From positions 3,562 to 67,561 of the forward strand of contig JAWUWM010000050.1 in the NCBI GenBank assembly GCA_034111845.1: 64,000 nt of DNA, in the 5' to 3' direction. Positions 10,801-18,409 of this stretch are shown here, piece after piece; position 1 is the stretch's first letter; each line of letters begins with the position of its first letter. Below the pieces are notes generated by a model that was not told where the DNA came from, did not search any database, and worked only from the letters and a program-made list of their open reading frames with translations. A program made the position numbers and the translations under genes. This DNA is from Psychroserpens sp. (GTDB taxonomy: Bacteria > Bacteroidota > Bacteroidia > Flavobacteriales > Flavobacteriaceae).

Positions 10801-10930
10801 TGCTATACAAGATTATGCTTATGATGGTAAAATTAGAATACCAGTAAAAGGTATTTCTGAAGGAACTTATATCATTAAAGTTAGCACAGGACTAACAGTA
10901 CATAGTAATAAAATTATTATCAATGAATGA
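4865..10930 (+). CDS. 2021-aa T9SS-secreted surface protein (HYR/Ig-like repeats, LamG, type A CTD)
   Basis: Signal peptide; FPIGTTTVVY HYR repeat; repeated DNC..VTxTxTDxxGN units; LamG (LDFDGTND...FNGWIDELRIWN); C-terminal NLLGQ...GTYIIKV...KIII. Confidence 0.9.
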   Translation: MSGLRIVLCFLMFSFFGNVTSNALSGISKSDIILNNESGCTYHDLRASIGSADFDTDNLLGFSFNDSFVLNGTQNKIHETPYSSNTATLRAIDNCPTSFSVNNDAGTCGAVVNFTLAQTPTSDDINNSMEPISSLFDGDTFPIGTTTVVYEERDASNTATGEFCSFDVTVVDNENPTASNLGAVNVQCIGDVVAANILDVTTEADNCGIPVVAYVGDVSDGNFNPEEITRTYSVTDASGNTINVTQIITIEDTTLPTASNLGAVNVQCIGDVVAANILDVTTEADNCGVPVVAHVGDVSDGNFNPEEITRTYSVTDASGNTINVTQIITIEDTIDPTVVCQDITIQLDAAGNASIVASDIDNGSADTCTAVTLSASQTAFTCANIGTNNVTLTVTDAAGNDATCVAVVTVEDNIDPTPDVANLPNVTGECEVTTLTPPTATDNCGGTITVTNNASLPISGEGTTTILTWTYDDGNGNISTQTQNVIIDDISGPVAPTLSVITGHCSATVPVPTTTDGCSGSITGTTSDPLNYNSQGSYAVTWNFDDGNGNSINVVQNIVINDTVDPIAVCQDITIQLDDITGLATITDAQIDNGSSDNCGVVNFTLSQMEFDCTNIGSNVIVLTIDDGNGNTNTCTSTVTVISPNITGGTVLGFLNNNQTIADESNLVEVTACPDEPQNGVFNLYGQTGNVVFWESSNDGGVTWTTIANTTSSYFYADILETTLVRAVIQIGSCQANSSIIIVAVIPPDIPPTIIGPDEFTICLGEDITVEAESSFGINIDLEEGGTFNTANLNNLGWLVDGTASFSAGGNSTDATKWKGTNGPKQFGGQCYNTTDGKFAIAYGVNYETTLETPIFNTLGLSTATLEFDQAFYLNAGASCKVELSLDGGITYPIILDPGPTYNYTGPSDSGFVIQNMQGNSCDNVPSSFIDNHVSMDLQNYIGLVGLRVKFSLDSNPGSTWALENIIIPQAPVDEIIEWTDGTGTVVTTGSITTITPVTPGAQTFGVTSLINGCRADGNEGTEFISVNASLAYAGRNITPITGECGQDIVSLNAYDNTLTAAQNIVNGAYDNNYTTGTYPGTGEAGVWNVVASPTGCGSSFSFSNLGDPSATFSGDPGTYTLSWTVDGCVGTVDVTLDSCQSLDFDGTNDHVVFDNNYSLSGDFSVSIWVKPESIGGQQTILSKRDPNAIDTGYDLKINNSGRLIFSYDTSSINSGSHNLSDDRWYYITIVHTNTSYALYVDGIQLNTANGSAPSVNTSDCILGATERTNGKNRFFNGWIDELRIWNKALDVSQLRETMNQEIEDNIAVRGVTVPIDISGLAWADLEGYYRMDVNCGFLTAYKGIRGRLRNINSAQQETAPIPYTSRVDGQDWATDDTWTHFSVWDAPNSLGIDGLTPIDWNIVQTSHNINSGDKDITVLGLLVDSNELSIQDPTAPYNETNVGQMLWVTHYLKLDGIIDLVGESQLVQKRYGYYDHDLNPTTAEISNQFNESILDVTSSGVLERDQQGTTNLYNYNYWSSPVSASSTTSNNNPFGIASVLRDGTTSLTPLTLQWTTAQDAIGSTSPITQSSRWLYAYENYPVGSTIEEGYAQWRDLAETDVLATGLSFTLKGSGAGDPVLDVQNYVFVGKPNNATITTPVTIGNQAFVGNPYPSAIDADQFIRDNLPGASGNPGSTQSTDGTLYFWEHYTSNFTHVLEDYEGGYATYNLAGGNPAVSPPLISGNGTSTKLPGQYIPISQGFFVTASNTGGGIQFKNSQRVFARETEASSQFIRSSNPNMYTSQQDPNPAIKRVRLDFITQEGAIRPLLLAFVSNDQASDGFDFGYDAENADAEFSNDMFWRIEDLNYTVQGVGDFDETKQYPLGLFLNATGSIEIALKGLENFDEEINVYIFDALMDNYFDINDANFEMMLDADNYLDRFYVAFSSEDFLSIEEEVSSQTIINYLNTSKELYIKIPQISEVKSIQLMNLLGQDIQTWNAIQDYAYDGKIRIPVKGISEGTYIIKVSTGLTVHSNKIIINE
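5389..5862 (+). repeat. Near-perfect tandem duplication, 240-bp period (80 aa)
   Basis: 5389-5622 vs 5629-5862 differ at only two positions that I could see (I>V, Y>H). Confidence 0.95.
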
Positions 10931-11059
10931 CTTTAAGGTAGATTTGTAGAATAAGTAAAAAGTGTATTTCATCGATTATTTATGTATTTTATGGATTTTA
11001 TGGATTTGTGTTTGTATATTAGACCATAACTAAATAACACTTCATTAATTCCCAAATCA

Positions 11060-11875
11060 ATGAAAACTCTATACTACTTATGTTTCGCTATGCTTTTTTT
11101 CGTACCTACTAAAAGCTTTTGCTCATCTACTGATGATGCTATTACCACAACAACTACTCAAGTCCAACGTGTTAGAATCGATGTAACCACAACAATGGGT
11201 TTTACACGACATCTACTGTTAGCATTTACACCCAATAATGCTGCATCAGATGATATAGATTACGGTTATGACGCTATAAATGGTGATAATTATTCAAATG
11301 ATAGTAGCTGGATGGTTGGCGATCAACGTTTGGTTATACAGGGAGTTGGAGCATTTCAAAATACCAAAGCTTATCCTATAGGTTTGTTTTTATCTAATGC
11401 TGGTGATGTAGAACTAACACTATCTGCACTCGAGCATTTTAATGAGCCCATAGAGGTCTATATTTATGATTCCCTTAATAACACGACAACCTCAATTTCT
11501 GATAGTAGTTTTATAGAAACTATGCCAGAAGGGGATAGTACCAATCGATTTTATATAACGTTCACTAGTACTATCACTGCAATGGTTTTTGCCGATAGTA
11601 CCTTGTCAACTTCAGAAACTCAATTAGAGACTCCACAAATTAATTATATCAGTTCTACCAAAAATCTTCAAATTAATGTGCCAAACGGTTTAGATGTTAG
11701 AGACATTCATCTTTATAATATTCTTGGACAGAAGGTTAAACAATGGTCTAATTTGAAATCAAATTCTTCTGGTAATTATACCATTTCTCTATCAAACATG
11801 TCTAAAGGTACTTATTTAGTTAGTTTTAAAACTAAAACTGGTAAATTCAATAAACGACTCATTATGTCTAAATGA
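11060..11875 (+). CDS. T9SS type A sorting-domain protein, paralogous to the C-terminus of the upstream large protein
   Basis: RVRIDV..RHLLLAF..ASDDIDYGYDA..IQGVGAF..YPIGLFL matches RVRLDF..RPLLLAF..ASDGFDFGYDA..VQGVGDF..YPLGLFL; CTD YNILGQ..GTYLV. Confidence 0.85.
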   Translation: MKTLYYLCFAMLFFVPTKSFCSSTDDAITTTTTQVQRVRIDVTTTMGFTRHLLLAFTPNNAASDDIDYGYDAINGDNYSNDSSWMVGDQRLVIQGVGAFQNTKAYPIGLFLSNAGDVELTLSALEHFNEPIEVYIYDSLNNTTTSISDSSFIETMPEGDSTNRFYITFTSTITAMVFADSTLSTSETQLETPQINYISSTKNLQINVPNGLDVRDIHLYNILGQKVKQWSNLKSNSSGNYTISLSNMSKGTYLVSFKTKTGKFNKRLIMSK

Positions 11876-12068
11876 TGTCATTTTGGCTTTTCGTGTTGTG
11901 ATTTTTTGTGCTGTTCTAAACATAGTAACGCCGCTAACGTATAGCACGCATAATGACTATTTTGTACCTAATAGACAAGGCTAATATAACATCATCAATA
12001 AAACACAGTCTGATATTGATTTTGATGCCATTCTTTTTTGTAATTTTAAGGTTACAAAATAAAGATGC

Positions 12069-13235
12069 ATGTCAAAGAATAAACTAGGATTAAATACCGT
12101 TTGTGCTCACGTAGGTGAAATAAAAGATGAGCAGTTTAAAGGCGCTATATCGCCAATCTATTTATCTACATCCTATGAGTTTGATGATGTTGATGTTAAG
12201 CGTTATCCACGATATTTTAATACACCTAATCAAGAGTTTTTAGCTAAAAAAATAGCAGCACTCGAGCATACCGAAACAGCTATGATTTTTAGTAGTGGTA
12301 TGGCAGCGATTAGCCACATGTTTCTCGCTTTTTTACAAAAAGGAGACCATATCGTTGTTCAAAACACCTTATATGGAGGTACGAGTAATTTTATTCGTGA
12401 GGAATTTCATAAATATGGTATTGATTTTACGTTTACTAATGGTTATGCAGTTTCAGACTTTGAAGCAGCAATTCAATCTAACACGAAATTGATTCATATT
12501 GAGACACCCTCTAACCCCTTATTGACGATTACAGATATAAAAGGTGTTGCCGATTTGGCAAAATCGAAAGGGATCGTTACGACAATTGATAATACATTTG
12601 CAAGTCCTATAAATCAAAACCCATTAAATTTTGGTATTGATGTCGTTATGCACTCAGCTACAAAATATTTAGGAGGTCATAGTGATATTTCTGCGGGCGC
12701 AGTCGCGAGTACTACAGCTCACATGGATCGTATTTGGAATGTCTCAAAAAATCTAGGTGGAAACTTAAGTGATATGACCGTTTGGATGTTAGAGCGTAGC
12801 ATGAAAACATTGGCGCTTCGGGTCAAAAAGCAAACAAAAAACGCGCGTAAACTAGCCAAGTTTCTAGACAAGCATGAGGCGATTTCTAAGGTCTATTATC
12901 CAGGTTTAAAAAGTCATCCAGAACATCAATTAGCAAAAGAGCAGATGCATGATTTTGGAGCCATGTTATCTTTTGAGTTGATGCACGGTATTGATGCAAT
13001 GTCATTTATGAAACAACTTAATTTAATCAAACCTTCGATGAGTTTGGCAGGTGTTGAGAGCACTATGCTATTACCCTCGCAAACGTCTCATGCACTATTA
13101 ACTCAAGAGGAACGCGACGCTGTTGGTATTAGTGATCAATTGATTCGATTCTCAGTAGGTATAGAAACATTAAAAGATTTAAAAGCAGATATTCAACACG
13201 CAATAACACATACTAAAACCACTTCTTTTGCATAA
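12069..13235 (+). CDS. Cys/Met metabolism PLP-dependent enzyme (cystathionine gamma-synthase/lyase family)
   Basis: FSSGMAAI, ETPSNP, DNTFASP, HSATKYLGGHSD. Confidence 0.9.
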   Translation: MSKNKLGLNTVCAHVGEIKDEQFKGAISPIYLSTSYEFDDVDVKRYPRYFNTPNQEFLAKKIAALEHTETAMIFSSGMAAISHMFLAFLQKGDHIVVQNTLYGGTSNFIREEFHKYGIDFTFTNGYAVSDFEAAIQSNTKLIHIETPSNPLLTITDIKGVADLAKSKGIVTTIDNTFASPINQNPLNFGIDVVMHSATKYLGGHSDISAGAVASTTAHMDRIWNVSKNLGGNLSDMTVWMLERSMKTLALRVKKQTKNARKLAKFLDKHEAISKVYYPGLKSHPEHQLAKEQMHDFGAMLSFELMHGIDAMSFMKQLNLIKPSMSLAGVESTMLLPSQTSHALLTQEERDAVGISDQLIRFSVGIETLKDLKADIQHAITHTKTTSFA

Positions 13236-14118
13236 AAATAATAAACATTCTGAGGGTTACGATTTTGAGCTTTTAGTAAAAAGCACACCTGAATTAGAAG
13301 AATTTGTATTTACTAATTCCTACGGAAATGTAACTATCGACTTCGCTAAGCCTAAAGCAGTAAAATTGTTAAATACTGCTTTATTGAAGGCGCATTACGG
13401 AATTAACTATTGGGAATTCCCTGATGCCAATTTATGTCCGCCAATTCCTGGTCGCGCAGAATACATTCATATATTGAATAATTTGCTAAAAAAACCGAGA
13501 GTTAAAGAGGATATAACTATTCTGGATATTGGAACAGGAGCCACCTGCATTTATCCACTATTAGGACAAGCAGAGTATGGATGGCGTTTTATCGCTTCGG
13601 AAATTGACAAACAAGCAATGAAATCTGCCCAAAAAATATTAATTAAAAATAAGTTCACTAAATCTATAACATTACGATATCAAGATAACGAACAAAATAT
13701 CCTCACCGGAATTTTAAAACCTAATGAAAAGGTGAGTGCTGTGATGTGCAATCCACCTTTTTATAAAGACGAAGCAGAAGCCAATGAAAGCACATTACTA
13801 AAACAAAAAGGATTAGGAAAGCAAACCGATACAGTGGTTCGTAATTTTAGTGGTACTGAAAAAGAATTGTGGTATCCAGGAGGAGAGAAAGCCTTTGTGC
13901 ACAATTATCTATATCAAAGTTCACTTCTAAAAACTAATTGCTTTTGGTATACCTGTTTGGTATCTAAAACGCAACACGTTTTAAGTATGGAAACCTCATT
14001 AAAAAAATTGGGAGCGACAGATTTTAAAATCCTACAAATTGCTTTAGGTAATAAAATAAGTAGAGTAGTAGCTTGGACGTTTTTAACTGAGGAGGAGCAG
14101 AAGGCTTTTGTTGGATAG
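13228..14118 (+). CDS. rlmF: 23S rRNA m6A1618 methyltransferase
   Basis: LCPPIPGRAEYIH, LDIGTGATCIYPLLG, MCNPPFY, GGEKAF; TTG start. Confidence 0.88.
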   Translation: MHKNNKHSEGYDFELLVKSTPELEEFVFTNSYGNVTIDFAKPKAVKLLNTALLKAHYGINYWEFPDANLCPPIPGRAEYIHILNNLLKKPRVKEDITILDIGTGATCIYPLLGQAEYGWRFIASEIDKQAMKSAQKILIKNKFTKSITLRYQDNEQNILTGILKPNEKVSAVMCNPPFYKDEAEANESTLLKQKGLGKQTDTVVRNFSGTEKELWYPGGEKAFVHNYLYQSSLLKTNCFWYTCLVSKTQHVLSMETSLKKLGATDFKILQIALGNKISRVVAWTFLTEEEQKAFVG

Positions 14119-14146
14119 ATTAGCTCAAAACTTTTAAAAAAAAGAC

Positions 14147-14245
14147 GTCTTTGCGAGAAGTGAGTCACAAACTGGAAAGCAGACTCATATAGTATACGCA
14201 ATCTAGTAATAGATTGTTTGTTGCTAAAAATGGCTTCGTAATGAC
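14147..14245. repeat. Degenerate GTCATTGCGAG...GCAATCT/AGATTGC...CGCAATGAC-type palindromic intergenic repeat
   Basis: GTCTTTGCGAG...GCAATCTAGTAATAGATTGT...TTCGTAATGAC. A half copy (TTATTGCGAGCAGAGCGAAGTAAT) lies at about 1551-1574. Confidence 0.5.
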
Positions 14246-14278
14246 GACAACAAATATTCGTAATGACGACAACAAATA
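14235..14278. repeat. Perfect 22-bp tandem duplication
   Basis: TTCGTAATGACGACAACAAATA x2, just upstream of bshB1. Confidence 0.9.
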
Positions 14279-14286
14279 AAAGATAG

Positions 14287-15003
14287 ATGAAATTAGATAT
14301 ACTCGCATTTGGAGCACATCCAGATGATATAGAATTAGGATGTGGAGGAACGATAGCCAAAGAAATTGCTAACGGTAAAAAAATAGGTCTTATAGATTTA
14401 ACTCGTGGCGAATTAGGAACTCGTGGTACAGTTCAAACTAGAGATCAAGAAGCTAATGATGCAGCAAAAATAATGGGTGTTACAGTACGAGAGAATTTAG
14501 GGTTTTCAGATGGATTTTTTATAAATGATAAAGAACACCAACTCAAAATCATTGAAATGGTTCGTAAATATCAACCAGATGTTGTGTTGTGTAATGCGAT
14601 AGACGATCGGCATATAGACCATGAAAAAGGAAGTAAATTAGTTAGTGATGCTTGTTTTTTAAGTGGTCTCCTTAAAATAGAAACAGCACTTGACGGGAAA
14701 CCACAAGATAAATGGAGACCAAACCTAGTATACCACTATATTCAATGGAAGATTATCGAGCCAGATTTTGTAGTAGATATCTCAAACTATATAGACGTTA
14801 AAATGGAAGCTGTTGCTGCTTATAAAACGCAGTTCTATGATCCAAATAATACAGAGCCTGAAACACCAATAACAAGTAAAAACTTTATAGATGGCATAAA
14901 ATATCGAGCTAGCGATTTAGGTCGTTTAGTAGGTACAGAGTTTGCTGAAGGTTTTACAGTAGAACGACATGTTGCTGTGGATAGCTTGTTTGACTTGATA
15001 TAA
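14287..15003 (+). CDS. bshB1: Bacillithiol biosynthesis deacetylase
   Basis: FGAHPDDIELGCGG, DLTRGELGTRG, DRHIDH. Confidence 0.9.
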   Translation: MKLDILAFGAHPDDIELGCGGTIAKEIANGKKIGLIDLTRGELGTRGTVQTRDQEANDAAKIMGVTVRENLGFSDGFFINDKEHQLKIIEMVRKYQPDVVLCNAIDDRHIDHEKGSKLVSDACFLSGLLKIETALDGKPQDKWRPNLVYHYIQWKIIEPDFVVDISNYIDVKMEAVAAYKTQFYDPNNTEPETPITSKNFIDGIKYRASDLGRLVGTEFAEGFTVERHVAVDSLFDLI

Positions 15004-15009
15004 AGCGAT

Positions 15010-15760
15010 ATGGGTTGGAAATGTTCACTCGTTATTATTGAGAATAAAGACGGTTTTATTGATGATCGTGTACTCTTAAATAGGTATTGGTAAGGGAGAT
15101 TATATCTTTGATTCTCAATGTGCTTTGTATGAATGTATGTGTCCAGACGATGAGTCTATCAATATTGCATACCACAACGGGAATATTATCATTAGCGATG
15201 ACAATCAACCCACTGCAATACCATTAAAGCGTGCTGAAAATTTAGATTTAACAACTTTCGAAATAGCTTTAATTAAATTGTTTCCAACTTCGGAAATTAT
15301 AACAGTGGCTTGCCATAGTGCAATTAATTATCATGGCTATTCTGTGGTAGACAGCGGTGTGAAAATACGATTTAAAACACTATCGTCAGATGATGATAAA
15401 ATGGTATTTGGTTCTCCTATTGAAGATGAGATAAAGATCTATGAGACTTCTGTTTTAAAGTGTGGTATTAATTATTGGTCCTATGACAATGATTCTGAGG
15501 CTATGTGTACTGAAGACCAATTAATGGAAGACTTCACATTTAAAATAGCTGCCAGACGATTAGGTGTTAATCTTGATGCTGACGATGGAGACGAATTGAT
15601 GGAACGTGTCGTATTTAAGAAATATATTAAAGCTAAATCAGAAGTAACATCCACTAATTATAAAGCTGAAGCTAAAAAAGTAACTTGGATAAAATAGGCT
15701 ATTATCATTAGAGTGATAATTGTCTGGCAAAATCTCAAGCGCACTGTTTTTAGTGAATAG
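15010..15760 (+). pseudogene. Hypothetical protein (MGWKxS N-terminus) with a frameshift and a premature stop
   Basis: ATG 15010 MGWKCSLVIIENK is out of frame with ORF 15125-15697. After TAG 15695 the frame continues AIIIRVIIVWQ.. (TM-like) to 15760. Confidence 0.6.
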
Positions 15761-15894
15761 TTATTGCATTTCGGTTTATTGGTGTTCTTCACCATCAAAT
15801 TTAATTTCTAATTTTTAAAAAAGTTAAGGCTCAAAAATAATAAAGTTAGCGCAGACTGTTTGCTGCCAATTTTAGCAGACATAAAGAATTAAAA

Positions 15895-16503
15895 TTATTC
15901 TATTTCTTCTTTCTTCTTGGGAGTGTAAATAATAATGATTTGAATAATTATAGCAAGAAAGGCTAATAGGTAAATTTCTATTTGTGTGAAAATTTCAAGT
16001 TTGTCAACAGCCTTATTACTAATGGACATTTGTCTTTTACCTTCACGTAATTGAATTTTAGATAAGTCATACAAGTTTTCTTGAATGTTTGAGATAGTAT
16101 TAAAAAAAAGTATTTTTTCACTAAAATTAGAACCTACTAATGCGTTTTCAGAAGATTTTAAGATTTCAAAATCACTTTTAAGATTATTTAGCGTCTTTTT
16201 TTCTTTTGTGGTGAGCTTTGTTTGCTCAAATCTAGAAACGAGTCCTGTGATGTTTTTGTCTAATTGTGAACTTCTATTATTAAAAAAAGTAGTGTCTGTT
16301 AGGGCAGCAGCCATTTCTTTCTCTTGTACAGCTTTAGATAAATCAAAAAGTAAATCACTGGCAACAACTCTATCTTCATATATTGTAACAACAGCATCTC
16401 TTACTCTCACAAAATTATTTTTGTCAATAAGGTTTGTCATTACGATAAGAACGAATACAATGAGGATTCCAAGAATCCATTTTATTTTATTTAAAAAGCT
16501 CAT
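15895..16503 (-). CDS. Stand-alone MCP-type four-helix-bundle membrane protein
   Basis: TM - TIYEDRVVA...TKLTTKE - TM architecture. Confidence 0.75.
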   Translation of the reverse strand: MSFLNKIKWILGILIVFVLIVMTNLIDKNNFVRVRDAVVTIYEDRVVASDLLFDLSKAVQEKEMAAALTDTTFFNNRSSQLDKNITGLVSRFEQTKLTTKEKKTLNNLKSDFEILKSSENALVGSNFSEKILFFNTISNIQENLYDLSKIQLREGKRQMSISNKAVDKLEIFTQIEIYLLAFLAIIIQIIIIYTPKKKEEIE

Positions 16504-16804
16504 AATAGAGATTTAGTTTAGTTAAAATCGAATAATAAAGATAATGAAGTTTGGAATTATAAATTGATTAAAAATGTTAGAAAATGCTTAAATTTTAATT
16601 GATTTTAGAGTGGCTTTTTTTGTTAATAATTAGTCTGTAAAATTTATAAAAAGTTTATGATCAAAATGTTGACGTGCAATAGTAACACGAGTATGTTAAT
16701 TATTTAAATTAATATTATAAACGCTAGTGTCACTTAGACAGTGTTTATATGTTATTTTTATAATAATTTTAAAAAAAAGTCTTTGTAGTAACTGTGAATT
16801 ATTT

Positions 16805-16812
16805 TACATTTG
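16805..16812 (+). promoter_or_regulatory. Bacteroidota -7 promoter element for tRNA-His
   Basis: TACATTTG, with TTTG (-33) at about 16782. Confidence 0.7.
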
Positions 16813-16839
16813 CACACGCATCGAGAAATGCGTCCAAAT

Positions 16840-16914
16840 GGTGGTTGTAGCTCAGTTGGTTAGAGCGTCGGTTTGTGGTACCGAAGGTCGCCGGTTCGAG
16901 ACCGGTCTTCCACC
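16840..16914 (+). tRNA. tRNA-His(GTG)
   Basis: G(-1)GTGGTTGTAGCTCAG..., anticodon arm TCGGT-TTGTGGT-ACCGA, T arm GCCGGTTCGAGACCGGT, discriminator C. Confidence 0.95.
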
Positions 16915-16923
16915 CAGAATATC

Positions 16924-16953
16924 AAAGCTTCTCAGAAATGAGGAGCTTTTTTT
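16924..16953 (+). terminator. Intrinsic terminator after tRNA-His
   Basis: AAAGCTTCTCA-GAAA-TGAGGAGCTTT followed by a T run. Confidence 0.8.
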
Positions 16954-17051
16954 GTATAACTAACTCAAAGTGTAGGGATTAGTTTTATTTACTAACTTTT
17001 AATATATGTCTAGTTTAGTCTAATGTAAACCAGTTTTCTAACTATATAATT

Positions 17052-17084
17052 AAAAAGTCTTCAATTTTCATTGAAGACTTTTTT
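17052..17084. terminator. Bidirectional intrinsic terminator
   Basis: AAAAAGTCTTCAAT-TTTC-ATTGAAGACTTTTT. Confidence 0.8.
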
Positions 17085-17102
17085 ATTGAAGGGAGCGTTA
17101 AT

Positions 17103-18230
17103 CTATCGTTCACTAGCATTTTTTAAATCGGCTTGTGGATTTTTAACAAAAGGGTATACAAATTGCTTTGCAAAGCCTATAGGATGTTTGACATCGCCTA
17201 ATTCTGTGCTTTCACGCCAATTTGTACCTTGGTCATAATAAGTACCAAAAATCATATCGATAAAAGGAAAGTGAATCGCAAAGTTTTTATCATATGCTTT
17301 TGGATTATCAGAGTGATGCCAATGATGAAATTGTGGTGTTACAAAGACATATTTTAAAAAGCCAAAGTTTATTCTTGTATTGGCATGTGCTAAAACTGCT
17401 TGAAATGACCCAATAACGATATACGTGAAAAATACTGAACTATCGAAACCACACACACACATAGATTTGTATAAACGACATAGATAGCACAACAACTAAA
17501 TCAAAGAAATGTGTACGTGAACCTGCTAGCCAATCTAAGTTTTTTGTTGAATGGTACACGGCATGAAAACGCTATAAATACGGAATCTTATGAAAGAAAT
17601 AGTGCGCTGTATATTGAAATAAGTCTGATACTAAAAAGGCTACATATAATTGTGGTAAAAATGGTATGGATAGGATGGTGTTTTGAAAGCCTTCTAAATC
17701 TATGTTTCTAAAAATGGTCATTGCTGGAAATTGAACTATAACACCAATTATTTGAATGAATAAAAGACTCACTATGAAATAGACCAAGTCTGTTCTCCAT
17801 TCTTCATGTAACTTCGTTTGGTTGAGTCGTTTTGGTAGAAATAATTCTATTGGAATAAATACAATTGCATAGACTAAGACATCAATAAGTAGCCAGTCTA
17901 AACCAATAGTAAACGATTTATCTTGAATACCAGAACCTTCTGGTAGTGCTGTGTCAATTAAAATGGTTGCAGCAATTATGAGTGTTGATGTGAAACCATA
18001 GCGTTTTTTATTTCTTAAAATAAAACTTGTAAATGTAAATGATAGTATTAAAGCTCCTAGAATTGACTATTTTACAATTTGTGGGTTATAGATGGCTCTA
18101 AAGTCTTTGGTTGTAATTGTCTTTGGAAAGTAAGCACAGATTAAAAACCTTAGAGAGACCAATGTCTAGAAGAACGGATAGGTATCCGTTAATTTTAGCT
18201 TATATTTAGTCTTGGAGATTTGTTTGTCAT
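17103..18230 (-). pseudogene. Sterol desaturase/fatty acid hydroxylase family pseudogene
   Basis: Fragments YTAHYFFH, YL*RFHAVYHS..DWLAGSRTH, HAN and TPQFHHWHH are split across frames with stops. Confidence 0.85.
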
Positions 18231-18257
18231 TGTTATAGTTTAAAAATGGAAAAAAAT

Positions 18258-18292
18258 AAAGGTCCAAGATATTAAATTTATCTTGAACCTTT
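18258..18292 (-). terminator. Hairpin terminator downstream of the M28 genes
   Basis: AAAGGTCCAAGATA...TATCTTGAACCTTT flanked by A/T runs. Confidence 0.6.
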
Positions 18293-18299
18293 TTTTGTT

Positions 18300-18408
18300 T
18301 ATGCGTAAGCGATAGAAGCGTTATCCTTTTTGTCTTTACAAAAAGATTTAAGCGGATAGCGCGGTTTTTAATCGCTCCTTAGAGCGCGTAAAAATACGCC
18401 CAAATACG
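18300..18408. repeat. GC-richer structured intergenic element (possible miniature repeat)
   Basis: GCG..TATCC-TTTTTGT..ACAAAAAG..GGATAGCGC nested inverted repeats. Single copy in the window. Confidence 0.35.
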
Positions 18409-18409
18409 C

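Noticed and set aside
16727-16963. 78-aa ORF
   Set aside because: Overlaps tRNA-His with its promoter and terminator.
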